From the NCBI GenBank assembly GCA_965364565.1, contig CBDTYI010000001.1, forward strand, positions 1-41,879: a stretch of 41,879 bases of DNA. Reading direction: 5' to 3'. Positions 32,040 through 41,879 of the stretch are shown here, in pieces. The position numbers and the translations under genes are program-made. The stretch comes from an uncultured Gammaproteobacteria bacterium. Its GTDB lineage: Bacteria; Pseudomonadota; Gammaproteobacteria; DSM-19610. How positions within the stretch are numbered: position 1 is the first letter of the stretch; every line of letters starts with the position of its first letter. The notes beneath the pieces are model-generated. The model did no database searches. It was given only the letters and a program-made list of their open reading frames with translations, and was not told where the DNA came from.

Positions 32040-32897
32040 ATGCAGTCACGCTGGATTGTGAATCTTCTGTTGCTGGTCGCCATCGCCGCTCTGGCGCTGG
32101 TTGCCCGGTATGAGCCGGGCATAGACCAGGCTTCGCAGGAACAGGCCCTCACCGGGTTGGACCAGAAGCAGATCGACACTGTCCGTATTCACCGCCCGCC
32201 GCGCGACGATCTGGTGCTGGTCCAACAGCAGGGGGCCGGCTGGGTCATAGCGAGTCATACGGCGCTGCCGGCCGATCAGTTGCAGGTCAGCGCCCTGACG
32301 CGACTCGCGCAACAGAAGGCGGTGCGCAGCTACCCGGTCGCCGAGCTGGATCTTGCCAGGCTGGCGCTGCAGCCACCCCGTGCCAGCGTCATGCTGAACG
32401 ACGTCCAGGTGGATTTTGGTGACACCGAGCCCCTGGAAGGTTTGCGCTATGTGCGTGTCGGCGCTCGGGTCCACCTCATCCCCGACCTCTACCAGCACCT
32501 GATCGACGCCGGGTTCGGCCAGTTCGTGCAGCGCCGCCTGCTGCCCGAAGCGACGCCTGTCAGCAGCCTCCGCCTGCCCGCATTTTCCGTCAACAAAGCG
32601 GACCGCGACTGGATGATCGAGCCCCGACAGGACGTGTCTGCCGATCAGATACAGCAGTTGATCGACAACTGGCAGCAGGCCGCAGCGCTGAGCGTAACAA
32701 GCACAGATGCGCAGGCAGCGGGAGAGCGGATCGAAGTGGTACTGGATGACCCGGCACAGCCACTTCTGTTCATCATCGTCGCCCGTGAGCCGGATCTGGT
32801 GCTGTTGAGACCGGATCAGGGGCTCGAATACCATCTGGGCGACCGCAGCGACCAGCTGCTGGCGCTGCCGCAACCCGCTCCTGAACAGGCGCAATAA
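32040..32897 (+). CDS. DUF4340 domain protein
   Basis: N-terminal membrane anchor and two repeated domains; usual fourth gene of GldAFG-like operons; start ATG 32040. Confidence 0.75.
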   Translation: MQSRWIVNLLLLVAIAALALVARYEPGIDQASQEQALTGLDQKQIDTVRIHRPPRDDLVLVQQQGAGWVIASHTALPADQLQVSALTRLAQQKAVRSYPVAELDLARLALQPPRASVMLNDVQVDFGDTEPLEGLRYVRVGARVHLIPDLYQHLIDAGFGQFVQRRLLPEATPVSSLRLPAFSVNKADRDWMIEPRQDVSADQIQQLIDNWQQAAALSVTSTDAQAAGERIEVVLDDPAQPLLFIIVAREPDLVLLRPDQGLEYHLGDRSDQLLALPQPAPEQAQ

Positions 32898-32920
32898 GGC
32901 GTTTCCGCCCCCCAGTCAGC

Positions 32921-33736
32921 ATGCCCGAATTGCCCGAAGTCGAAACCACCCGCCGCGGTCTCGAACCGCATCTTGTCGGTGCCCGCATCCAGCAACTGGT
33001 GATCCGCCAGCACCAGCTGCGCTGGCCGGTATCGAAACGGCTCGCCCGCTGCCTCCAAAATACCTGCATCACCGCAGTGCGGCGGCGCGCCAAGTACCTG
33101 CTGGTGACTACCGAGTCCGGCACGCTGATCATCCATCTGGGGATGTCCGGAAGCCTGCGCATGGTCGATGCTGCGGCGGTCCCCGGACCGCACGATCACG
33201 TCGACCTCCTCATCAGTACCGGCAAGCGCCTGCGCTACACGGATCCGCGCCGCTTTGGCGCCTGGCTGTGGACCCGCGCCGAACCCGACCGCCACGTGCT
33301 GCTCAGACACCTGGGTCCCGAACCACTCGGTGATGCGTTCGATGGACGCTATCTGTTTCGCCAGTCGCGCGGACGCAGGCTGGCCGTCAAATCCATGCTG
33401 ATGGACAGCCGCATCGTTGCCGGGGTGGGAAACATCTACGCCAACGAAGCCCTGTTCAGAGCCGGCATCCATCCCGGGCGCCGCGCCGGGCGTATCAGTG
33501 AGCGGCGCTACGAGACGCTGGCACAGGCGGTCAGAGAGGTGCTCAGCCACGCCATTCGGCAGGGCGGCACCACGTTGCGTAATTTTGTCGACGGGGAAGG
33601 CAAACCCGGTTATTTCCGCCAACAGCTGCGGGTCTACGCGCAAACCGGCCAGCCGTGCCGGACCTGCGCGACACCGATTCGCGCAATGCGCACCGGCCAG
33701 CGCTCGACCTTCTACTGCCCGCGCTGTCAGCGCTAA
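32921..33736 (+). CDS. mutM: Formamidopyrimidine-DNA glycosylase
   Basis: MPELPEVET, HLGMSG, GVGNIYA, C-terminal zinc finger. Confidence 0.97.
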   Translation: MPELPEVETTRRGLEPHLVGARIQQLVIRQHQLRWPVSKRLARCLQNTCITAVRRRAKYLLVTTESGTLIIHLGMSGSLRMVDAAAVPGPHDHVDLLISTGKRLRYTDPRRFGAWLWTRAEPDRHVLLRHLGPEPLGDAFDGRYLFRQSRGRRLAVKSMLMDSRIVAGVGNIYANEALFRAGIHPGRRAGRISERRYETLAQAVREVLSHAIRQGGTTLRNFVDGEGKPGYFRQQLRVYAQTGQPCRTCATPIRAMRTGQRSTFYCPRCQR

Positions 33737-35439
33737 TCGACCCGCGCCGTCCCGATACCGCGCGGATCGGAGGCCGCCTCCACCCGGTTTTCGCCGTACG
33801 CCCAGAACACCGCCTGCATGTTCCCGTAGCGGTCTTCCAGCGGCATCAGCTGGTGTCCCATCGACTGCAGGGTCTCCTGCACCGACGCGGAGAAGGCGCC
33901 GGGCTCGTACTGGATGACGTCGGGAAGGTATTGATGATGAAAACGCGGCACACTGACCCATGACGAAGGCGGCCGACCCGCGCTCAGATCCAGAATACCC
34001 AGCAGCACCATAGTGATAATCCGGCTGCCACCGGGTGTGCCCAGCAACGCCACGCCGCGCTCGGTTTCCACGAAGGTGGGAGTCATGCTGGACAGAGGCC
34101 GCTTGCCCGGCGCGATGGCGTTGGCCTCGGCGCCCACCAGCCCGTAGGCATTGGGCACGCCCGGCTTGGCGGAAAAATCGTCCATCTCGTCGTTGAGCAG
34201 CACACCGGTACCCGGCACCACGAAGCCCGAGCCAAACGGATAGTTGATACTCAGGGTCGCGGCCACCCGGTTGCCGGCGCGGTCCAGAATAGAGAAATGC
34301 GTGGTGTGTGCAGCCCCGACCCGCCCCACGCCGCCCGGCAGTACGGCGCTGGGGGTGGCGCGATCGCGTCGAATGCCGGCCCGTAGTCCGGCCGCGTACC
34401 AGGGGTGCGCCAGGCGCTGTACCGGCACCTCCACATGGTCGGGATCACCGAGATACTCGGCGCGGTCACGGTAAGCGCGTCGCATGGCCTCGACGATCAG
34501 GTGAACGCGTGTTGCATCATCCTCTCCCTGCAGATCGAATCCCGCCAGCGTATTCAGCATGGTCGCCAGCGCAACGCCACCCGAGGACGGCGGTGGAGCC
34601 GACACAATGCGCATCCCGGCATACTCGAACACCAGCGGATCGCGTTCTATCACCCGGTACTGTTCCAGGTCCTGAAGCGTCCAGATGCCGCCCGCCTGGG
34701 CCACACCAGCCACCAGCCGGTCGGCCACCTCACCCTGGTAGAAGCCCGCCCGACCCCGGGCCGCCAGCGCACGCAGGGTTGCTGCGAGCTCGGGCTGGCG
34801 CACCACGTGCCCCGACGCTGGAACATGCCCGTGATGCAGGAAGGTGTCCGCAGCGTCTGCAGAGGCCTGCAACACCGCCAGGCGGAAGCGCGCCATTTTG
34901 CGATAATGGTCATCCACCTCGAAGCCGGTTTCTGCCAGGCGGATGGCCGGCGCCAGCGATGTGGCGAGCGGCACTCGTCCGTAGTGCTCGGCGAGGTGCG
35001 CCAGCGCCGCGGGTTCGCCCGGAATCGCCGCCGCCAGGGCCCCATCCATCGACAGGCCGGGCACGACTTCACCGGATTCGTCCAAATAGAGGTCGCGGTG
35101 CGCGGCCAGTGGCGCGCGCTCGCGACCGTCGAGCATGACCTGCCGGCCATCCCGTGCCCGGTGCAGCAGCCAGAAACCGCCCCCGCCGATGCCGGAACTG
35201 TAGGGCTCGACTACGGCCAGGGCCGCGCTGACCGCGACCGCGGCGTCAAAGGCATTGCCACCCGCAGCGAGGATTTCCATTCCGGCCGCGCTCGCCAGGG
35301 GATGCGCAGTCGCGACCGCCTGTTGCGGCGGCCGCGCAGCGCGCGGCACCTCCATGCCGCGGGCGGGCGGCGCACCGACCAGCGACAGCAGCGAGACCAG
35401 CGCCGCAATCCAGTGCCTGGCCCGAGTGCGAGCCGCCAC
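33733..35439 (-). CDS. ggt: Gamma-glutamyltransferase
   Basis: GGNAFDAA, SGIGGGGF, TTHFS autoprocessing site, NDEMDDF, PLSSM, GTPGG. Start uncertain; GTG 35439 chosen because it precedes a signal peptide. Confidence 0.93.
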   Translation of the reverse strand: MAARTRARHWIAALVSLLSLVGAPPARGMEVPRAARPPQQAVATAHPLASAAGMEILAAGGNAFDAAVAVSAALAVVEPYSSGIGGGGFWLLHRARDGRQVMLDGRERAPLAAHRDLYLDESGEVVPGLSMDGALAAAIPGEPAALAHLAEHYGRVPLATSLAPAIRLAETGFEVDDHYRKMARFRLAVLQASADAADTFLHHGHVPASGHVVRQPELAATLRALAARGRAGFYQGEVADRLVAGVAQAGGIWTLQDLEQYRVIERDPLVFEYAGMRIVSAPPPSSGGVALATMLNTLAGFDLQGEDDATRVHLIVEAMRRAYRDRAEYLGDPDHVEVPVQRLAHPWYAAGLRAGIRRDRATPSAVLPGGVGRVGAAHTTHFSILDRAGNRVAATLSINYPFGSGFVVPGTGVLLNDEMDDFSAKPGVPNAYGLVGAEANAIAPGKRPLSSMTPTFVETERGVALLGTPGGSRIITMVLLGILDLSAGRPPSSWVSVPRFHHQYLPDVIQYEPGAFSASVQETLQSMGHQLMPLEDRYGNMQAVFWAYGENRVEAASDPRGIGTARVD

Positions 35440-35461
35440 GAAGCGACAGTCCGCGCGCAAC

Positions 35462-35483
35462 AAAAAGGCCCCGCGCGGGGGCC
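35462..35483 (-). terminator. Intrinsic terminator after yfhL
   Basis: GGCCCC-N5-GGGGCC-TTTTT on the minus strand. Confidence 0.65.
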
Positions 35484-35507
35484 CGCGGCGGTGCCCGCGA
35501 TCAGCTG

Positions 35508-36291
<784 letters not shown>

Positions 36292-36417
36292 GAAGTCTCA
36301 GCGTCGGTCAGCGGTGCACAGGGGTACCGGGAAATCTACGCACAAAGCCCCGGGGACACAAGCACCCGCCGATTGCTGCGATGGTGTCAGTGGCAACAGG
36401 CCGTCACCGCAACGGGT

Positions 36418-36855
36418 TCACACTGCCACTGACACGTGTTCGCGCACCACTTCGGCCGGTTTCTGCACCAGGTTCTTGTCGATCTGTTTGTACACCCGGT
36501 CCATCACCTTCTTGCTGAGCTTGTCGCGCAACAGGCCCAGAAACGCCGGTGGCGCAACCAGCACCAGCCGATCAAAGGATCCATCATTGCAGCCCGCGTC
36601 CAGGCGCTCGGCCAGCTGCCGGGCGAATTCCAGCTTTTCCTGCTCTCTGGCGCTGGTTTTGTCGTCAATAACATGCCTGCCTTGGCCCATACTGCCACCA
36701 TCATTGCCCGCCCGGTCCGACACCAGGTCACCTTCGTGCATCCTCCCCGCCGGGTGGACAAGGTCTTCGAGTTCGGACAGCGGCGCAAGATTACCGTCTG
36801 CCGCGTACAGCTTGGCACGACTGCTCTCCGCTACCAGAATCCAGGTACGTGACAT
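36418..36855 (-). CDS. Host-attachment (AtsE-like / baeRF-related) family protein
   Basis: TWILVAESSRA, DLVSDRAG, LVLVAPPAFLGLLR, KNL; AAGGAG RBS. Confidence 0.85.
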   Translation of the reverse strand: MSRTWILVAESSRAKLYAADGNLAPLSELEDLVHPAGRMHEGDLVSDRAGNDGGSMGQGRHVIDDKTSAREQEKLEFARQLAERLDAGCNDGSFDRLVLVAPPAFLGLLRDKLSKKVMDRVYKQIDKNLVQKPAEVVREHVSVAV

Positions 36856-36915
36856 AAGTGCATCTCCTTTCTGCTACCTTTGGTTAAATTCTCTACCCGC
36901 AGTCGCCGCCGGGGA

Positions 36916-36929
36916 TTGATCCAGGTCAG
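36916..36929 (-). promoter_or_regulatory. FNR-like box upstream of the host-attachment gene
   Basis: TTGATCCAGGTCAG, sharing 13 consecutive bases with the 24002 box, about 60 nt upstream of the start codon. Confidence 0.5.
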
Positions 36930-37017
36930 GAAACCGGCGCAAAATCCGGACGCTCAAGATGACAGTATAGGTAGCTATTATGGTCCCGGAGACGGCGTAC
37001 CGGGGCACGCCTGACTG

Positions 37018-37587
37018 TCACGACCGGTAGCTGTAGAGCCGGAAAACCACGTCGCCGGCCCGTTTATCCTTGAGCAGCGTCCAGCCGTCCGGCACCTCGG
37101 CGAGTGGGGTCTTGGCCGGCATCTCGAGGTAGATTTTTGCCCCCGCGATAAGCCAGCCTGCATCGGTCAGCAGGCCCAGCGATGCCTGCAGCGCACCGCG
37201 GTCGCCGAACGGAGGATCCAGAAACACAATGTCAAACGGTTGCGGCACACCACACAGATAGCTGGCAGCATCGTGGTGGACAATCTCGACAGCCCCGGCG
37301 CCCAGGCGTTCCCGGTTAGCCTGCAATGACGCTACCACTTCGGCGCTGCGCTCGACCAGAACCACGCGCGCGGCGCCTCGCGAGGCCGCTTCAAAGCCGA
37401 GCGCCCCGCTGCCCGCAAACAAGTCCAGACAGCGGGCCCCGGGGAGCCAGGGTGCCAGCCAGTTGAACAGCGTCTCGCGGATCCGGTCCGGTGTGGGGCG
37501 CAGCCCTTCACCATCGGGAAACGTCAGCTTTCGGCCCCGCCACTGGCCGGCAATGATCCGCACGCGGTTGCGCCGCTCCGGTATCAC
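37018..37587 (-). CDS. rsmD: 16S rRNA m2G966 methyltransferase
   Basis: RIIAGQWRGR, LRPTPDRIRETLFNWL, DLFAGSGALG, DPPF; start uncertain. Confidence 0.95.
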   Translation of the reverse strand: MIPERRNRVRIIAGQWRGRKLTFPDGEGLRPTPDRIRETLFNWLAPWLPGARCLDLFAGSGALGFEAASRGAARVVLVERSAEVVASLQANRERLGAGAVEIVHHDAASYLCGVPQPFDIVFLDPPFGDRGALQASLGLLTDAGWLIAGAKIYLEMPAKTPLAEVPDGWTLLKDKRAGDVVFRLYSYRS

Positions 37588-37717
37588 AGCGGCGCGCACC
37601 ACAGGCAGCCGAGACCGCTGCGTCGCGACCTCGGCAGCGGTGCAACAGCAACGCGAAACGGATAGTTCCAGCCCATGGGCCCATGGTGCTGGGCCCATGG
37701 CGGCAGGTCAACCGGGG

Positions 37718-38368
37718 TTAGGCCGGAGCCAATCCTCTGCGCGAGATCAGCAACGAAACGAATCCCGACGCAAACAACACAGCACTGGCCGGCAAGGGCA
37801 CGGCACTGAGCGCGGGAACCGCACCGGGTGTCGGTACGTCCAGCAGGACAAAGTCAGCACCGTTGTCACCGGTATCAACCCAGGGGTTGAACCTGGCAAT
37901 GCTGGCCCCCGCCGCTGCGGCCGGTGCCGCTGTTCCCTCGCCGGCAAACACATCCCCTGCCTCAAAACTGCCGTAGGCAACTGCATCCAGCTGCGCCACC
38001 GCGTTTCTCAGGACCACCGAGTCGGGCCCGTTCTGGAAGTCCACGTCGGCGATGAAATCGGCACCGGCGACCTGAGTGGAACCGCCGTTCTCATCCCCTA
38101 TCACGAACACCCCGTCGAGCGGGAATGCACCACTTAGACTGATGCTCTTGTAGACCGTGCCGCCGCTGCCGTTAACGCCCTCCAGCAGCAGTCCGTCGAG
38201 GCTGTCGCCTGGCGCCCCGAACAGCTCCACGAACACCAGCCCCGCGTCGCTGCCAGGGGCATCGTAGAACAATTCCGAGATAACCGGGCTGGCCACCGCC
38301 GTCGAACCGATCAAACCCAGGCTGCCGGTCAGCAGCACCGCAATACGCCTTTGGATCCACTTTTTCAT
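37718..38368 (-). CDS. Lamin-tail-domain secreted protein with VPLPA-CTERM exosortase sorting signal
   Basis: Signal peptide, VISELFYD...FVEL...NGPDSVVL...TPG, and C-terminal VPLPASAVLFASGFVSLLISRR. Confidence 0.82.
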   Translation of the reverse strand: MKKWIQRRIAVLLTGSLGLIGSTAVASPVISELFYDAPGSDAGLVFVELFGAPGDSLDGLLLEGVNGSGGTVYKSISLSGAFPLDGVFVIGDENGGSTQVAGADFIADVDFQNGPDSVVLRNAVAQLDAVAYGSFEAGDVFAGEGTAAPAAAAGASIARFNPWVDTGDNGADFVLLDVPTPGAVPALSAVPLPASAVLFASGFVSLLISRRGLAPA

Positions 38369-38656
38369 CACTCCCTCCATGGTCTGTTTTCGGCATCCTT
38401 GCCGACCCTGCCCGCGACTGTGCGGAAAGCAGGGTCAACAGACTAGCGAGCCCGAAGAGGGATGAACATGCTCATCGGTCTGAAAACCTTGTAGGGATAT
38501 TCGGAAGGCGTTGTGGGAATCCGCTGTCGCCAGAGGCGCTGCACTGGCCGGCGCCCGAATCGCCGCCGGACGGTCCAGACCTGACCGTCGCGAAATCCGG
38601 TTGCACGGCAAAGCGCATCCTCCGGGCGGCTGCCGGGCGGTTAAGCGGGTTGGCTC

Positions 38657-39976
38657 TCAGGAACCGTTTTCCGGCTCCCCGCCCACGATCACGGTCAGCA
38701 GCCGCTCGGGGTCGACGCGGCGGCGATAGGCATCCTGAATCTGTTGCACTGTGACCGCCTCCACCCTCGCGGTGAAGCGCTGCAGGTAGTCCAGCGGCAA
38801 GTCATAAAAACCGATCACGGCGAGATACTCGGCGATCTTGCCGTTGCTGGATACCTGCATGGGGAATCCGGCGACGATGTTGTTGCGCGCCGCCTCGAGC
38901 TCTTCCTGGCTGGGACCCTTGTCGATGAAAGCCTGCAGCGTCTCGCGCAATACCGACAAGGCTTCCTGGCGCTGGTCATTGCGGGTCTGGAAACCCAGCA
39001 GGTAAGGCCCCTTGCGCTCCATGGGGATGAAGTAGCTGTAGGCGCTGTAAGCCAGTCCGCGCTTCTCGCGAATCTCCTCGCTGATGCGCGACACCAGGCC
39101 GCTGCCACCGAGAATGTGGTTGCCGACATAGAGCTGGAAATAGTCCGCATCGCCGCGCTGCATGCCAGGCGCGCCGAGCAACACATGGCTCTGCTTGGAA
39201 GGATGTTCCAAAACGATTTCCTCGCCGGCATCGAGGCCTGCCACTTCCGGCAGGAGCTCAGCACGACGGCCTTTGTCCAGGCTGTCCGCCAGCAGCGCGG
39301 CGATGCTGCGCGCCCGCTTTTCGGACAGGTCGCCCACGATCACCACGGTCGCATTCTGTGCCACATAGTAACGCCGGTAAAATGCCCGCAGATCGTCCGC
39401 GCTCAACGCCCGCACGCTCTCCTCGCTTCCGGAAGGATGATTGGCGTAGGGGTGTGACTGGTACAAGCTCCGGTAAAACGTTTTCTTGACAATGGCATTG
39501 GGTTTCTGTTTCTCGTACTGGAGGCCCACCAGAGTGCGCTGCCGTTCGCGCTCGAAATCACTCTGGGGAAAATCCGGCCTGCTCAGCACTTTGCGAAACA
39601 GCTCCAGGGAGGGATCGAGCAGCTTGGAATCGGTCAGACTGCGCAGCGAAAGCCACGCCATATCGCGCTCCGCACCGTTACCAAGCTCGGCCCCATACTG
39701 CTCCAGGCCGCGGGCGATCTGGTCCGCGTCGAGGCCCCCTGCCCCCTGATCGAGCAGTGCGTTGGTCAGGCTGGCGACACCACCCTGGGCGCCGTCGCGC
39801 GCAGCGCCGGCCCTGAAAACCAGGCGGATATCCACCATCGGCAGCTCCGGCGCCTCTACGAACAGGACCCTGGCCCCTTTCTCGGTGGTCCAGTTGCGAA
39901 TGTCCGGCGCTGCGTCAACCGCAGCTGCAAGGGCGGCGAACACGAACAGCACGAGCACTCGAAGCGGCTTTAACAT
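38657..39976 (-). CDS. M16B peptidase family, non-catalytic subunit
   Basis: Insulinase fold without HxxEH; REKRGLAY motif; follows the catalytic partner; start placed at ATG 39976. Confidence 0.88.
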   Translation of the reverse strand: MLKPLRVLVLFVFAALAAAVDAAPDIRNWTTEKGARVLFVEAPELPMVDIRLVFRAGAARDGAQGGVASLTNALLDQGAGGLDADQIARGLEQYGAELGNGAERDMAWLSLRSLTDSKLLDPSLELFRKVLSRPDFPQSDFERERQRTLVGLQYEKQKPNAIVKKTFYRSLYQSHPYANHPSGSEESVRALSADDLRAFYRRYYVAQNATVVIVGDLSEKRARSIAALLADSLDKGRRAELLPEVAGLDAGEEIVLEHPSKQSHVLLGAPGMQRGDADYFQLYVGNHILGGSGLVSRISEEIREKRGLAYSAYSYFIPMERKGPYLLGFQTRNDQRQEALSVLRETLQAFIDKGPSQEELEAARNNIVAGFPMQVSSNGKIAEYLAVIGFYDLPLDYLQRFTARVEAVTVQQIQDAYRRRVDPERLLTVIVGGEPENGS

Positions 39977-40001
39977 GGCGAGTTGATGTTCTCCGTGACG
40001 A

Positions 40002-41369
40002 CTAGTGAGCATGAGCGGCACCTCCGGTCCGCGGCGGGCGGCCCGTATCGATGGGCTGTGGCACCAGCTCCGCTACGGTGAGCCCATCGTCGACCAGGTA
40101 TTTGCGCGCCACCGCCTGCACCTGGCGCGGTGTGACCGCGGCGATACGTTCGTGGTAGCGCTCCATCTCGCTCCAGTGGAGCCCCACCGTTTCGAGCATG
40201 CCTATCTGCATCGCCTGATAGAAAATCGAGTCCTGCTCATACACCCTGCTGGCGCGAATCTGCGCCTTGACCCGCGCTAGTTCGTCACTGCCCACCGGCT
40301 CCTGGTGCAACCGCTCGATCTGGGCACGCAGCGCCTGTTCGAGCTGCTCCGTGGTGTGACCGTTGGCCGGCGTTCCGGACAACAGAAACAGGCCTTGCAG
40401 CCGATCGTAGCTGTCGTAAGCAGCGCCGGCGCTCGCCGCCACCGACTGACCGCGCACCAGTTCACTGGCAAGACGTGCGGCGGTGCCACCGTCCAGCACA
40501 CCGGCAAGTACATCCAGCGCATAGGGCTCCCACAGTTCCTCGGACCCCGCGGTCAGCACCACCGGCACCTTATAGCCCATGATGAGGTAGGGCAGCTCGG
40601 CGGGCGCTTTCACCTCGATGCGCTTGCTGCCGCGCTGCTCGATCTCGCGCCGCGGCTTGGCCGGCTCGATATCGCTCGGCTTGAGCGGACCGAAATACTT
40701 CTTGGCCAGAGCGTGGACCTGATCCGGATCGACGTCGCCGACCACCACCACGGTCGCATTGTTGGGTGCATACCACTTGCGGTACCAGGATTTCAGATCT
40801 TCGACATGCATACTCTCGAGATCGTCCATCCAGCCAATCACCGGAATCCGGTACGGACTGCTGACATAGGCGGAGGCATTGAATTGTTCGTAGGTGAGCG
40901 ACTGCGGATTGTCTTCGGTACGCATCCGGCGTTCTTCCATAACCACCTGCACCTCCTTGAGAAACTCCTGTTCAGGGATCACCAGGTTACGCATGCGATC
41001 GGCTTCCAGCTCGAAGCTGACCGGCAGGCGACTCTTCTCCAAGGTCTGGAAATAAGCGGTGTAATCGCGGCTGGTGAAGGCATTTTCGCTGCCGCCGTTT
41101 TCGGCGATGATGCGGGAAAACTCACCCGCCGGGTGCGCGCTGGTGCCCTTGAACATCATATGCTCCAGCACGTGGGACACACCCGTGATGCCGTCGTGCT
41201 CGTAGCTGGAGCCCACCTTGTACCAGACCTGGGATACCATAATGGGCGCCCGGTGATCCTCTTTGACAATCAGTTTCAAACCGTTATCGAGTTCGTATTC
41301 GTGAACTGTCCCGGCGGCCGGTGAAGCGGCGCTGGACAGACTCAGGACGAGCGCGAGCAATCCTCGCAT
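40002..41369 (-). CDS. M16B zinc peptidase, catalytic subunit
   Basis: HVLEHMMFKG, NAFTSRDYT, EERRMR; signal peptide. Confidence 0.92.
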   Translation of the reverse strand: MRGLLALVLSLSSAASPAAGTVHEYELDNGLKLIVKEDHRAPIMVSQVWYKVGSSYEHDGITGVSHVLEHMMFKGTSAHPAGEFSRIIAENGGSENAFTSRDYTAYFQTLEKSRLPVSFELEADRMRNLVIPEQEFLKEVQVVMEERRMRTEDNPQSLTYEQFNASAYVSSPYRIPVIGWMDDLESMHVEDLKSWYRKWYAPNNATVVVVGDVDPDQVHALAKKYFGPLKPSDIEPAKPRREIEQRGSKRIEVKAPAELPYLIMGYKVPVVLTAGSEELWEPYALDVLAGVLDGGTAARLASELVRGQSVAASAGAAYDSYDRLQGLFLLSGTPANGHTTEQLEQALRAQIERLHQEPVGSDELARVKAQIRASRVYEQDSIFYQAMQIGMLETVGLHWSEMERYHERIAAVTPRQVQAVARKYLVDDGLTVAELVPQPIDTGRPPRTGGAAHAH

Positions 41370-41527
41370 TGTGTACTCCTTATTGCCTGATTACCTGCAT
41401 ATGCGGCGCATCGCTTCCGACGCGCAGCCTGATCTCTTGGTCTTCTGCTGTTGCCCTGCCAGATCCCGTGTTGGTCGGCTATCGCGGGAATGATAGGATA
41501 CGCTGATGTATCTGGACAGCAAAAACG

Positions 41528-41879
41528 ATGTTTGGTTTCGGTAAGAAAAAATCCCGCGATTCGGCGCCGCCAGACCTGGACCAGGCCGATGAGCAGCAGC
41601 AATCGGGCCTGTTTGCGCGCCTCAAGGCCGGCTTGTCGAAGACGCGCAGCGGGCTTACCGGGGGTGTCACCAACCTGCTGCGTGGTCGCAAGCAGATCGA
41701 CGATGAGCTGCTGGAAGAGCTTGAGACCCAGCTCATCACGGCAGATGTCGGCGTGGAGGCCACTCAGTCGATTATTTCAGACCTGACGCGACGCGTGGCG
41801 CGCAAGCAGCTCGGTGACGCCGACGCCTTGATGGGCGCCCTGCACGATGATATGCGCTTCAAGTTTGATCAGCAGTCGG
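41528..41879 (+). CDS. ftsY: Signal recognition particle receptor FtsY (3'-truncated)
   Basis: Hand translation MFGFGKKK...RLKAGLSKTR...IDDELLEELETQLITADVGVEAT (N domain); divergent from the M16-rsmD cluster as usual. Confidence 0.93.
   Translation, partial: MFGFGKKKSRDSAPPDLDQADEQQQSGLFARLKAGLSKTRSGLTGGVTNLLRGRKQIDDELLEELETQLITADVGVEATQSIISDLTRRVARKQLGDADALMGALHDDMRFKFDQQS

Noticed and set aside
38657-39976. M16 peptidase lacking HxxEH as a pseudogene
   Set aside because: Heterodimeric M16B peptidases normally pair a catalytic subunit with a non-catalytic one carrying the R/Y motif.
41850-41879. Last codons of ftsY (RFKFDQQS) look atypical, possibly a second chimeric edge
   Set aside because: Too short to judge, and the N-G domain linker is variable.

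Overview
GC-rich gammaproteobacterial chromosome segment, probably from a Chromatiales/Thiogranum-like lineage (inferred from gene order only). It is mostly core genes: pyrB-pyrC'-pyrK, pilU-pilT, proC-yggT-yggU, a lone bacterial dynamin-like GTPase, ampG, xth/pyrE, argB-algC-dut-coaBC, radC-rpmB-rpmG, desA, an EAL-HDOD protein, ppx, an oxoprolinase/hydantoinase A subunit, a globin-coupled diguanylate cyclase, a GldA/F/G-like ABC system with DUF4340, mutM, ggt, yfhL, coaD, rsmD, an M16 peptidase pair and the 5' end of ftsY. I saw no rRNA, tRNA, CRISPR array, prophage or transposase. The most interesting unannotated signals are non-coding. (1) A candidate ~125-nt FNR-activated small RNA lies at ~24050-24174, with an FNR box, a correctly spaced -10, a long hairpin, a C/U-rich linker and an intrinsic terminator; a second copy of the same FNR-type box sits in front of a host-attachment/baeRF-family gene. 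(2) A 160-bp MITE is inserted into a CTAG that supplies the stop codons of two convergent genes. (3) pyrE carries a 48-bp in-frame insertion bounded by direct repeats. Probable sequence or assembly artefacts are an adenylate-cyclase-like fragment joined to pyrB at the left edge and a +1 frameshift in yggU.
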